Origin: Macrostomum lignano
Lineage: Eukaryota
Reading direction: 5' to 3'
Length of the DNA stretch: 64,000 nucleotides
Assembly: GCA_002269645.1 (NCBI GenBank)
Contig: NIVC01002659.1
Location: 87,912-151,911 of the forward strand
Position 1 is the first letter of the stretch. Each line of letters begins with the position of its first letter. A program made the translations under genes and the position numbers. Below, in pieces: positions 50,301 through 62,535 of this stretch. The notes beneath the pieces are model-generated. The model saw only the letters and a list, made by a program, of their open reading frames with translations, was not told where the DNA came from and ran no database searches.

Positions 50301-53300
50301 ACAGCCAACACCATCGACTCGATACCGCCTGCTTTACTAGATAGATTCGAATTGGTTCACTTTGACCCGCTCAGCCGCTCTGATAAGGTAAATAAAATAC
50401 TTCATTCTGGACGATACTGATGTCGGATAGTTTTCCGAATAATTATATTTAGTCACGCAATGATTCAGCTTGCTTCTGTCGAATAAAAAAAGTAGAAGCT
50501 GGAGATCCGGGGATGAAGTCGCGTTGTGTGCTGGTTGGTTAATTAACTCTAATTAAGTTAATAATATAATTTATGCCATGCTTTTGACCATGACCATGTT
50601 AATAGCTCAATGAATATATGTAACGCGAAGTATTTGGCTGTGGAAGCGAGATGTACACTCACATACTAAAACATTGAAAGCAACGCAATATTCACATTAA
50701 CCAACAATGGCGCACTCGCAAAACAGTCAACGACAAATTGAAGCCGGTTAATTTCCAAGCCGTCCGCTACCTTGGCTGCACGGAGACGCCATCGTCGTGT
50801 GCGAGGACTTCCGGTACCTCGGGTCGCTGGCAACGAGCCCGGACTCCATCGTCTCTGACAGCCACGGCGCACCTCTTCAAAAACGTCTTTGACTCAGCTG
50901 CGAGGGACGGCCTGAAGGTGCGCCTCTTCCGCGCGGCCGTAAAGCTGATCCACCTGTACGGCATGGAAGCGGTGCCGATTACCGACTCACGAGAGCGAGC
51001 CCTGGACGCCCTCTACAGGTCCCTGCTTGCAATACCGCGAGGGGTTGCCGTCCAGAGACCTGATGCCCCCGCGCCGGCGTTCCAGACCTGAGCGTCACCC
51101 TGCGCCGGCGCCGCCAGATGCTACTGGGTCACTGACTTCGAAGTCATGGTCGCGGCGACCAAGTCCCATTGGCGCTGGATCTCCTGCACCAGGCAACGGA
51201 GCGGAAGCACCATGACCAAGGGCTGTTTTGTGGCTGACTTGCAGGCTCTGGTTCTCAGCCCCCTGACCGCAGCCGTCTGCCCCTCCCGTCTGTGTTCGCG
51301 AGCGCGTGTGCGCTAGTGCCCAATCTATCTATCTAGTGGAGAAGATAACTCCAGATTCGAAGTAACCAGTCTCTTTTTGAAGTTGACGTTGACAATCAAC
51401 ATCAGTAGAACCAGCGGCAAGACTTTCCGACACGGGCTGCATCGTCAGAATTGAAACTTGTCTCTCGTTCGACTTTCATAATAATCTGAACTACTAGTTG
51501 TCAGAGGTTGCAGAGAAGAAACCGTCTGCTTAGCCTTGGTTACCTTGCGAGCCATCATTCTATCGCTCGACGTCCATCTGCTCCTGGCCTGTAGCGCCTG
51601 AAAAACCGTCTGCCGTTTTGATGTTTCGCTGAGCATGGTTTTGCACTAGGCGCGTTATCTGTGCATATCTTCAGTGCAACCAGAGCATCAGACCTGCTTG
51701 TATAGAGCCCATAGCCATAGCTTCAGTATCACGGCCTTGTACCAATTGCTCTTCACGACTAAACCAACTGCCAGCTGAACTGATGAGGCAGGAAGCTCCG
51801 AAATATTTTCTAGCAATAGCCATCAATATCTGGCAGCTTTGACTTACTGCGGCTTCGCAAACGTGAGCCGGTCTATAAAATCAGTAGCTTCCCGTTGAAG
51901 ACGATACCGTGACAAGATTCGCTAAAAGTTGCAGACAAATTTCTAGTGACTCTGGCGACTCTGGGACAGATTTTGTGACTTTTTAACGACCAAACGCGTC
52001 TAATGCGACGAAGAGACGACTTTTGCGTCACGAGCGCGTCACGTCAGTGAAAGAGTCGTCCAAGAATCATTGTGCTGGCACTTAACTTTCGCTAGAGATG
52101 TGACTCTAATTCATCAAGCGACGCAAGTGACTCTGGCACGATGGCATAACGACTCTGTGGCCGTAATTCGCTTCAAACACAACTCAGTGACTCTACAGCG
52201 ACTCTAGCACGACTCAAGTAGGACTCGACGGCCCCAGAGTCACTTGCGTTGTTTCAGAGACGCATACAATAAAACACTTCAAAATGACTCTTGGGCGACT
52301 CTTTGACGACCTTTTGGCGACTTGCATCGCGACATCTCGTCGTTTTAGAGTCGTTTAAAAAGACTCTGAGACGCTTCTTGGCCTAAGCACCGCTTTCATC
52401 AAGATTCGTATATGCAGTGCAGTGACCGCAGCTCTCGTTCCTGTACACTATAAGTGTGCCGCTCCCCCGACAGAATCCGGGGCGCGGGCGTCCGTCAGCA
52501 GGCAGTCGACGAAACCCCGAGTGGCTGTACTCGCGGGTAGGGTGCCTTCAGCGTTCGTAGAGCTCGTAGCCCAGTGGTCTAGCGCGGCGCTATTATGTGT
52601 CGGCGGCCCAGGCTCGATTCCAAGTGCAGGTACAAGGTATATTGATCTCGGGCTAAATTAGAATCTCCGTTTGGGTCTGCTCGTGCAATCAACGCCATTG
52701 AAAGCCAACCACCAAGACAAAGTAAAGTGTACATGCCTAACGTTAAATAAAGTTATGTCCGCTGTACACTCCTGTGTGAGTGGGCGCCTTCTCAGGGAAG
52801 TCGGTAAAATGGGCAGTAATGCCTCTCGCCGGTTGTGTGACAATGTCGCTTAAAGTGCACCAGGGTGCACACAGCCCCCCTGTATGTACTGCCTGTAATG
52901 TTACCTCTTTTGCCAGAGGCTGTCTCCATGTACACTTCGAAGCGGGTCTATGTAAATCCTTTTGCGCTTAGATTGCTCACTTTTCCCGTCTCTCTCTCCC
53001 TGTCTTCCAGGTCCGCATCGCCACGGATCACCTGTTGCCAAAGCAGCTGAGCCAGCACGGTCTCGAGCCCGGCTCCGTGTTGCTAAGAGAAGCTGAACTG
53101 TTGCGCGTCATCGACGCCTACACTCGGGAGGCCGGGGTGCGCCAGCTGGAGCGTCGGCTGGCCCGCCTGTGCCGCCACACCGCCCTGCTGGCAGCGGAGG
53201 CCCCGCCTAGCGAGCCGCTACGCGTCGATGCCGACGTGCTGCGCCAAATATTCGAAGAGGCCGACGGCGCCGATTGCCGGCCGACGCCGAGTCCGTACGA

Positions 53301-54148
53301 GCAGATGACGATGTCGGCGGCGAATTCCGGCGCGCCGTTGGAGCCCGGCGTCTGCCCGGTGCTGGCCGTGACACCTCACGGCGGCGAAGTCCTGCTGTTA
53401 GAGTGCGGCTGGACACTGGAGCCGGCTGTCGATGGCGGCGGGCAGACGACGGACTTGGCGCCAGTCTGCACCGGACAGGTGAGTGACAGCTCTGCTGGAT
53501 GTGGAGAACTTTTTTTACTCCATAAATTAACTTTATTACATTACACAATTCCAGTTGCTCATTACAGAATCCTACTTGCTCATTACACAATCCCCAATTG
53601 CTCATTATACAATACCGCAGGTAGGCGAGGTCATGCGCGAGTCGGTAACTCTGTGCATCAGCTGGCTCAGCTCCAGGCTCAACTCCCAGCTCCGTCGCAA
53701 TCGCCGCCGTCTGCACGTACACTTCCCGTCTGGCGCTGTGCCAAAAGACGGCACCTCGGCCGGTTTGCCGTTGGCCGCGGCGCTGACCTCCCTGGCCAGC
53801 GGCACCCCAGTCCGGGCTGGGGTCGCCCTGACTGGCGAGGTGACTCTCCGCGGCCGGGTGCTGGCGATCGGCGGCGTGCCGGCCAAGCTGGAGGCGGCCG
53901 CCCGGGCCGGCCTGCACTCGGTGGTGCTGCCGATGGCCAATCGGATTGAAGCAACTCGGACGGCTGGGCGGCTCGGCCTGGCCGGCCGCCTGCGGCTGCA
54001 CTGCGTGGAAACTGTGGACCAGGCTCTGCGCTTTGCCCTGGAACCCCCCGCCGGGCATCGGGGCTTGGGCGACTGGCCAGCTTTGCCCATCAAAGATGAG
54101 GATTCCACAGAGGATAGGGAAGCCTTGACTGCTCGGCCGAAGCTTTGA
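47343..54148 (+). CDS. LONP2: Peroxisomal Lon protease, 7 exons, 855 aa
   Basis: Exons 47343-47467, 47560-47650, 48110-48601, 49140-49370, 49755-50387, 53011-53478 and 53621-54148 join in frame. Walker A is APPGCGKTS and Walker B is LLLDELDK. RRTYVGAMPG is present. The Ser (KDGTSAG) and Lys dyad are 43 aa apart. C-terminus is PKL. Confidence 0.93.
47688..48090. repeat. (CAGT)n/(CAGC) microsatellite in LONP2 intron 2
   Basis: Direct observation. Confidence 0.95.
48650..49110. repeat. 15/17-bp minisatellite (ACAGAC(AC)AATCTCAGT)n in LONP2 intron 3
   Basis: About 28 copies. Confidence 0.94.
50750..51200 (+). pseudogene. Degenerate RTE-like LINE 3' fragment in LONP2 intron 5
   Basis: LKVRLFRAAVKLIHLYGMEAVPITDSRERALDALYRSLL aligns by eye with RQRAALFQAVIETVLLYNAETWTLTDSLEQQVDAAHAGLL of the 10.9-kb element. 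It is preceded by an RYLG motif and is frameshifted. Confidence 0.7.
52560..52630 (+). mobile_element. tRNA-derived SINE head or tRNA pseudogene
   Basis: A-box-like TAGCCCAGTGGTCTAGCGC and B-box-like GGCTCGATTCC. No proper acceptor stem. Confidence 0.55.
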
Positions 54149-54264
54149 ATGTGCTGGCCACAGATACAATACTTCACTGCGCCTTGGGGAGGTTGGCTCT
54201 CAAGGCCGTTAATTGCACGAGCAGAGCCAAGCCGAGATTCCAATTAAGCTCCAAATTAATGTGA

Positions 54265-54332
54265 CTGCACTTGGAATCGAGTCTGGGTCGCTGGCACACC
54301 AGAGCAGCTGCGCTACCGCTGGGCTACGGCCC
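54265..54332 (-). mobile_element. Second copy of the same tRNA-derived head
   Basis: Minus strand reads CGTAGCCCAGCGGTAGCGC...CCCAGACTCGATTCCAAGTGCAG, sharing both blocks with 52560-52630. Confidence 0.55.
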
Positions 54333-55194
54333 CCCCCTTCACCTCTGAGAGTCCGCAGAGTTGGGCTGGGTGAGGAGGGATTGAGAAGAGCGGAGGGCGA
54401 AGATTGGATGGATTAAAGCTTCCGCCTGGTTTCATTGTTGTTTCAAGCGTTTTTTAAAGAGGAGAGAGGGCCAGCCCCCCCCCCCCAAGGCACAGAGTGT
54501 ACATGCCTGGCGTTTAAAAAGTACGTACTCATGTCAGTGCGTGTTCCAGGCTGATGTACATTACGAATGCACTAATAGTGAATAACTAGCTAATTAGAGC
54601 TGGCTGCCAGCATCCAGAATAATTTTATTGCTCCCCCCCTTTAAGTGGGCCCAGTGAGTTTTCTTATCAGTTGGCTCTGGCGCAATCATTAAATCTATGA
54701 TAGTTATCATTGTATCTTGATTGGAAAACCACTTTAATCACTGGATATAATGAAATTCCATCAATATTTCGGCACTAATTGTTGGATCCTAATTTCTTTT
54801 CGTAATTAAAAAATAATTATTATAAAAACTGAGTTTTCAAAGATTTTTTGTTGGCGCTTATTGTCAAGTCGGAAGTCGGGCGCCTTTTGTAATTTAAATT
54901 CAATTTGTAATTAAAGCTTTGAAACGATTTCATTTTCATTGCAACTGTAATTAATGATTATCTGCGTTTTGAGAGATTTCTATTTTTAATTCTCGCGCAT
55001 TGTGTGGCTTTTACACAACACGATTGTGTGTTGTGCAGACTTGATGCCAACTAATAGAAATCGTGTGCGACTTCCTAGATAAACACGCTGATTCTCCGTA
55101 TTTTAGATGCGATTTTTATATTGATTGTAAGACTTCAATGCTTTCAAGTTCAATTAAATTGCTTGTTAACGAGCTTTCGCTCTTTGTTATTTAG

Positions 55195-55810
55195 ACTCTG
55201 AGAGTGAGATTCTGAATTTCAGAGAGTGACTGCAGAGAGTGAGATTCTGAGAGTGACTGGAGAGACTGACATTCTAAGAGTGACTGGAGAGAGTGAGATT
55301 CTGAGAGTGACTGCAGAGAGTGAGATTCTGAGAGTGACTGCAGAGAGTGAAATTCTAAGAGTGACTGCAGAGAGTGAGATTCTGAGAGTGACTGCAGAGA
55401 GTAAGATTCTGAGAGTGGCTGCAGAGAGTAAGATTCTGAATTTTAGAGAGTGACTGCAGAGAGTGAGATTCTGAGAGTGGCTGCAGAGAGTGAGATTCTG
55501 AATTTCAGAGAGTGACTGCAGAGAGTGAGATTCTGAGAGTGGCTGCAGAGAGTAAGATTCTAAGAGTGACTGGAGAGAGTGAGATTCTAAGAGTGACTGG
55601 AGAGAGTGAGATTCTAAGAGTGACTGGAGAGAGTAAGATTCTGAGAGTGGCTGCAGAGAGTAAGATTCTGAATTTCAGAGAGTGACTGCAGAGAGTGAGA
55701 TTCTGAGAGAGTCTGCAGAGAGTAAGATTCTGAATTTCAGAGTGAGATTCTGAGAGTGGCTGCAGAGAGTGAGATTCTGAGAGAGTCTGCAGAGAGTGAG
55801 ATTCTGAGAG
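55195..55810. repeat. 27-bp minisatellite (GAGAGTGAGATTCTGAGAGTGACTGCA)n
   Basis: About 22 variant copies. Confidence 0.94.
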
Positions 55811-57699
55811 TCGCTTCTACTTCTGAGAGCTACGCTCGTACTTCTTGGCCAATGTATCGAATGGGACTGGCCATAGACAGGAGTGTGCACTCGTCATTTC
55901 CTTTCCTGCTATTTCAACCATAGATAAATTCAATTATCAATACGGTTACGCGAACTCGTAACCTTGGCACTTGAATTCTCGCTTCATATAACCTGCACTG
56001 GCAATGGGTCATGCACTCGCGATACGATAAATATGCGTTCCTCCGCCTCATTTCTAAGAAAACCGGGTGAGCGTCATTCTACTTCAGCTGTATGACCCAT
56101 GCCTCTCCAGACGCTTCAGCTTATGGTGGGCCATGCGTGCTGAAAAAAATCCCCATGCCAATCATCGAAAATTTCACGATCTCTTCCTTCCTTTTCTTCA
56201 TCACTGCTGCTACCTTTTCTTTTTTTAAAGTCTGATGCCTCAGCTCCGTTTCCATTGTAGCTGGACCTAAGAAGAGCCATGGTGACTTACAGTTACACCT
56301 GAGTTAACTCTGCTTAATCACGAATAGGAGACAGAAAGCGGGGGTCCCATTCAGGGTACCTGGTAAAAGTGCATGGATTCAAGCAGATTCAGACTATAGG
56401 GGTGGCAGATCTGCAGGTTCACTTTAGCTAATTGAATCTGTCTGCCGTTCTGTCTGCCTGTCCGTCAGATCATTGTTGAAATATGAGCAGGTTTGGCGCA
56501 TCAAGTCGACTACGTTCAAACTGCACAGAGAAACGCTCGACGACTGCATATACATTCACCTTGACTGGTACGATTTCTGAAAATTGCTTTTTTCGATGTA
56601 TATTTTTCTCTCTTGACTTTGAAATGTGTATCGCGTCAGAAAATGTTTAAATTTAGTTTAAATAGTGTTATACTCTGGGCTGGTTTACAGAGTTGGTATG
56701 CGAGTGTTGTGTGTGTTTAATGGGAGTAGCGAATTAGGTGAATCTGGTAAACCAGCCCCCTTAAACGCTTTACCCTTGCACTGTCACACCGTGTATCTAA
56801 AAATAGAGTTCTAACTTGAGGATTAAGCCAGACGAGATTTTGGCTTACAGTAGACAAAAAAATTAACACATCGGAACTAGAAGCCTCTCAAAGGTAGGTA
56901 TGAACTCACGACAACCGGCCTTCTAAACCCTTTTTTAAGGTGTTACACTCAGCCTTCTGTGAAATAAGCTCTTGATTAGACAGATCTGTGAAGACACGTT
57001 GAAGAAAGCTTGCCTTTTGATCCAACTTTCCTGGCAGTATTTCATCTCGCTAACAGGATTAGCCAGACCATATATCAGGTTAAGCAGAGTCAACCGTTGC
57101 ACACTAAGGCTATAGCATGTCCTGTTCTTTCATCAAATTTTCCCATAGCCTGATCAAGACATTCGGCGCGGAAAATCACTCCACATTTGAACTAGAGAAA
57201 TTCACGCCTGGATCAGTGAAAAAAATCTTTAGCAAGCTTATATAAGACTCCGCAACCTAGTAATTAGAGACGCGTCTAAAAAGAACCCCAATAGTTGTTA
57301 CTTCTGCTCGAAATATGCTCAACACTCCTCTGCCGCCCACTGTCTCTCTGTCTCTCCGTAATTTGGTTTTCTTCGACAAAAATAGACACAGCCAGGCCCA
57401 GGTTGCCATGCAGTGATTTATGAGGCTGGCCCGCCGGCTTTCCGCGTCGCTAGCGATTTTTCTTTCGACCTGAATGATACAATACCATCAGGCCGAGGAC
57501 AAGGGTGTATTAGAAAGATCGGGAACTTCAACACGATTAACCTTGTTTAGACTTGAGTGGAAGTTCGTTTCTTGTATTGTATATAGTGAAACACGAATTT
57601 TTTCACTTTCCAGCAGAAGTTCCAAATTGTCAAAGTTTGGTTCATGGACAACTGAGTTGGAATGATGCTACAGTCGGTTTTCTTAGAAATTGAGCTGGA

Positions 57700-58150
57700 G
57701 GCTGGTAAGGAGAGCGCGTATTTGTCGCATCGCTACAGAATCTGCGTACGCTGCTCCAGCGCCTGGCCGCGATGTTCGACGCCATCGCTCTGGTTCCACC
57801 GCCAGCCACCATCAAGGGCCACCATCTACCACCGTTTCGTGCCCCACATCGCCCGAGCCGACCGGTCAAAGCGGCTGGGTAGACGCCTCGGAGGCTTCAG
57901 ACATCGTGGTCGGCGCGGCACTCGAGCAGCGAATTGTTGGCGATGCCTGAAAGTTGCTTGACTTCTTTTGCCCGCAACTCCCACTCGTTCGAGCAGAAGT
58001 ACAGCGCCTTAGACCGCGAGCTGCTCGCGTTGTACCTGGCAGTCAGGCATTTACGGACCACAAGCCGCTGGTCCACCCAACTTCCGTCTTGTGGCCTCGG
58101 GTCCTGCGTCGCCTTACAGACGCCCCCGCGCGTACTGTCCCAATTAATGG
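57700..58150 (+). pseudogene. Degenerate Ty3/Gypsy pol fragment (RT connection-RNase H)
   Basis: Across frames: YHRFVPH, VDASEASDIVVGAALEQ, QKYSALDRELLALYLAVRH and FTDHKPL, which are typical Gypsy RNase H motifs, broken by frameshifts. Confidence 0.8.
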
Positions 58151-58925
58151 TAGGTAAATATGAAGCGAGACTGCACCTGAGCTGATCAGTAAAGCCGGTT
58201 CGGCACGCGCCCGTGAAAACCAAATCAATGCTGTTAAAAATGATCTTTCAAATACAACAAGAGAACTGATAAATGTGTAATTAAAATGGGTTAACATAAG
58301 ACGCCTTAGCGTGTGCAAGCGAGCATGGGTTGTGAGCTATCACCGGAATGAGCATGCCGATCGTTGAAGACCCGCAATGGCTCACTAATTTCGGTTCAGT
58401 TGCTTTGCGTCTAGCTAAACGACGAAATTTCCTTTCTTTTGGTATCCGATTGCTCGTGGGACTTTCTCGAAAATGTTCTGAGGTTTAAGTAATGAGGCCT
58501 CCATAATGTAGATGGTGTAAAGAATTCATTGTTGTACCTCTAATTCGTTTCTGTTCCAGATCATTGGGTTCTTCATCTGTCAATCCTCATAGTCGTAGCC
58601 GTGAGAGCATCAGAAATTCAACAAAAAATACAAAAGCGAAAAATCTCAAAAGAAAATTAACCCATTTTAAAGATGCTTGTTGCTTGCTGCAGGTTAAAAA
58701 GCCTGTTGTTTTATTTTGTCATCAAAGCGTTTTCCTACTGACTCAAAGAAATAAACACAGAAACGTATATATTTTTTCCGCCAAGTTGGGGTTCGGGGAA
58801 GTTAACAATAAAACCGCGGTAACAATTTCAATAGTTGGAATTAGGAGTGTTTTACTCGGTAAATCAAGATTCGAAGGATTCGCTTAGCAGACAGAGCAAG
58901 TTAAACAGTTAGTCCGGTGCTAAGT

Positions 58926-59204
58926 TCATGGCTGCACGTAACCCCCGTGCATCTCGCTCTCCGGGACGAGCGGCTGGCAGCCGGGCCTCAGCTGGATGCA
59001 GTGCTCGTTGTTCATTAGCCAGATAAGCTTCTGGTACATTAGCGCGGCCGAGGGTCGCTCGGGCGCTCCTCCGACAGACCTGGGATGCGGTGGCGAGTCC
59101 ATCCCGAACGGGTCGGCGCCGAAGGCGCTCCGTTTGGTCGAAGCGGCGGCGGCGCCGAGAGCGCACAGAGCGGCAAGGATGATCAGACAGTTGCGAGCCT
59201 GCAT
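58926..59204 (-). CDS. 92-aa secreted peptide precursor (candidate neuropeptide/hormone)
   Basis: ATG, hydrophobic signal (CLIILAALCALGAAAA), dibasic KR and a Cys pair CIQLRPGC. GC-rich island in AT-rich flanks, with TATA-like CATAAATA about 110 bp upstream. Confidence 0.7.
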   Translation of the reverse strand: MQARNCLIILAALCALGAAAASTKRSAFGADPFGMDSPPHPRSVGGAPERPSAALMYQKLIWLMNNEHCIQLRPGCQPLVPESEMHGGYVQP

Positions 59205-62200
59205 CTTCTATTGACAAGATTGTCTGGTTTTATTGCGTTGCGATTGAGCTTCCGTTTCGATTAGCAATGATCGGCGACTTTGGACTGTAGCGACTGGGGC
59301 CTACGTGGCTCTATTTATGCTGGGAGAGGCTTGGCGAGTTTCCACCTCAGGACCAATGGCGGCGGCTTGAACTATGGACAGATCGAGTAGCATAGGACGC
59401 GATACACTGGCAGAGCGGCTTTGACTAGAGACCAGTCGAGCTGATAGGGGAATCTACCCATTTTAGCATTCAACTGGCAATGGAAGCGTATCCCTCTCAA
59501 CTTCCGAATTTAAAATTTAGCTGGAAGATTGATCCAGCCTGCGGCGCTAAAATGAGAGCCTGCGGCTCTAAAATGAGTGCCTGCGGCGCCAAAATGAGTG
59601 CTAACAACTACGATTCTCAAAATATTGTAGAAATTTAGTCATGCAGAATTCTTGGCCTTGTCCCCCCACCACAAAATCCATGGCGACGCTCCTGGTTTGT
59701 AGAGTTTCGATTTCTCTTTGATGGAAATGCACACTTTCGGAAAAAGTTTCCGAATTAGGAAGAAATACAAAGAAAATTCAGTTTTCCCGCAACTCATTTT
59801 AAAATTCCGTAATTGTATCCAGCAAGCCAGACTCCAAACGCAGAAAAATGATGACGTCTTCATTCCTCTCAATCACTTTCATTCCTGCCTGCTAATTCAT
59901 ACATGTATTTCTTTTCTAATAAAAGTCACCAGCAATATCCGGAAGATTTCCTGATTTCCTGCAAATTTCCTGTCAACTTTGTCCGAACCAAGCCTGACTT
60001 TCTCTATTGTTCCATTGTCAGGCTTAGATCAGAGACCGACACGATCTGGTGAGATGAGTCTTTGACTTCCTTACTGTCCATTGTGTTTCAGCAGAATTGG
60101 CAGAAAATAAGTACAAGAGATAAACTAAAAGTTCTTGGAATTCTATTTAAAGCAAGATAGAGAGACAGAGTATTGGGAATTTATTCATGATTTTTTACCC
60201 AATCTTTTGAGCCGTGCAGATTGATGCAATCAAGGTGAACTCCCCCTCAGCGGAAAACTTGAGTTGATAAAAGCGCATGGAACAGATAAGTTGGATGGGC
60301 TTAAAACTTCCTGTCACCGAATCAAGTATCTTGGAGAGTCTAATTTTAGTTGAGAGTGCTTCAGTCAACGCTAGGCTTCCTTTGTCTCAGCCAGTTAATC
60401 ATTGCAACCAGAGCAAGGCCTGTGTTTTAAACAAACCAGAGTTTAAAAGTAATTAGTTCCCGCGGGCTAAATTTATATTCATTGCCGTTATATTTGAGTC
60501 TTTGATCGCACCAGCTCGCATTGTGGCAAGGAAGTCCACAAAATCTTTAGTGCATTTTGAATTAACTAGAAATGATTTATCAAAAGACAGTTTTTTCTGC
60601 TACTCAAATGGACTAAGCAAGTTCAGTAAAGATGCGGGTAATTTTCGAAGCCATTCTTGCCTTATGAAAAGAGCTCTGTGATAAAAAAGTAGCAAAATTC
60701 CAGACTGCTCCGTACATATACAGCGCATATAGTTCTGTTTTTCTCATTGCGAGGTATATGCGAGGTATATACTGTATGCCAAATTCCAGATCTTTGTCAG
60801 GGATCAGGACGAGAGTCCGTTTCTAAGCAGTTGCGTCGCGGAAAACTGCTAGGATTATCTCAATCCGGCCCAGCGCAGACCAGGTGCTGCCTTAATCCGT
60901 TAGTCAATAAAATGATTGCAGAATTGACTGTGCTGACAGAAATTAACTTCTTCTCTCAAAGCAGAGAGCGCGAAATGCATATTTGATAAACATTTTTCAG
61001 CTAAATAAAGACGATCTTTCGAGTAAATTCGATTGAATTTATCTAGCAGAAAGGTGGATTTGATAGTTTATTCTTTAGTTTCTGAATAACATTCGGAGAT
61101 CCGGTAAGCCATTACATACGCTCGTATACACTTGTTTGCTATGCTTCAACTGGATAGTTGATAGTGGGTGCGCGAGTCAACAGACAACTGAAATTAAAAG
61201 ACGCTTACACTCGGTTTTCTCAGAAATGAGCCAGAGTAAACGTACATTTATCGTATCGCTATACTATTTTAGCGCTGAATGGGGTTTTGCCATAGACAAA
61301 TTCGGTTTTTCGTGAGAAAAACTGTGCAAATACTGTGCAAAACTGTCTGCTCCTGTTTCCTAGAAACTGCACGTGCTGATAGTCAACATTCATAAGTTTT
61401 GTTTCCTGCAGTTCTTATTTCAATTCGTGCGTCCGTTCATGAACAACAGCAGTCAGAACTGGCTGAAATCGCCACTGTAAGACTGGGTGAATGCCACAGA
61501 CAAGAGGATGCAGCAAGCAGTGAAAGAGCGAGAGAGCAGTAGCAGCATCAGCAGCAGTTGCCTGAAGCATGGCGTGCAAATTTAACGAAGAGTACCAATG
61601 ATGGTCACCAACTGCGTCATCGTTAATTGTTTGAAATGTAATTGCACTGACTGCTGCAGATGCAGTCCTTCATAGCTTGTTAAATTTTTGTATATCGATT
61701 TTAACGTGTTAACTTGTTGGGCACTATAGTGCAGTTTTGGGCCATAGATAACTCAAAAGGTAGACTTCTTTGCCACGTATTTATCACACAAATCATCAAT
61801 TCAAATCCTCGGCACTGGCGCGAATTCAAATGAAAAATAATTTCGCGAACGAAACTGCACTAGTGCCACTTGTTGCAGAAGTGCAGCTTGTTAAATCAAC
61901 CAGAATAAGAAATTAGCCTCTTGTCTGTGGCATTCACCCATTCTGAGAGGCTGCTGCTGGCATCCTTCTTTGTACTGATGTCTATGGCCAATTCTGAACT
62001 TGCTTGCCTTTTCCGTCTACACGTATGTCTATATGGGCAAGACCAAATCTACTACGCTCGTGCTGCCGAATGGGAATTCTCTATAAACTTGGCTGACTGA
62101 CAACAGCAATACTAAATGCACATAGCAATGCTAAAAATATAGATTCCTTGCCGACTTTGAGCTGATGTCTAAGAAAATCAAGTTTTGCGTCCTCCTAATT

Positions 62201-62535
62201 CAGCCGTCCATGCCACGCAAAATGGAGACGTTGTTGCTTGGCTCCTCGCTGGTAGCGGGGGTCGAAATTCGCTTCGATCAGTGGCCCAAAATGACCCAAT
62301 ATCCTTCTGAATATTTCTTTAACTTACTTAACTTAGCTTCAGGAGCTCTGGGCATCTTGAAGCAACTCTTTCTCTCACTCCTGACGGTAAATTACTCAAA
62401 AATTCTATAATTTAAAAGACTGACAGCAATAGCTTCACGATCACAGTTGAAGTGCTCGACGATGTTTAACTTTTAAGATCAAAATTAAAAAAATTCGCAC
62501 CGATCAACAGAGCTCTCAGCAAGTTCAAGCCCCGA

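Noticed and set aside
51945-52385. GACTC-rich degenerate repeats resembling transposon subtermini
   Set aside because: No matching TIR pair or TSD was found.
52560-54332. Functional tRNA genes
   Set aside because: Acceptor and anticodon stems do not pair, so they were treated as SINE-like heads.
60100-60420. Possible L1/Tx1 RT remnant (KLKVLGILF)
   Set aside because: A single short motif, with the surrounding frames broken and uninformative.
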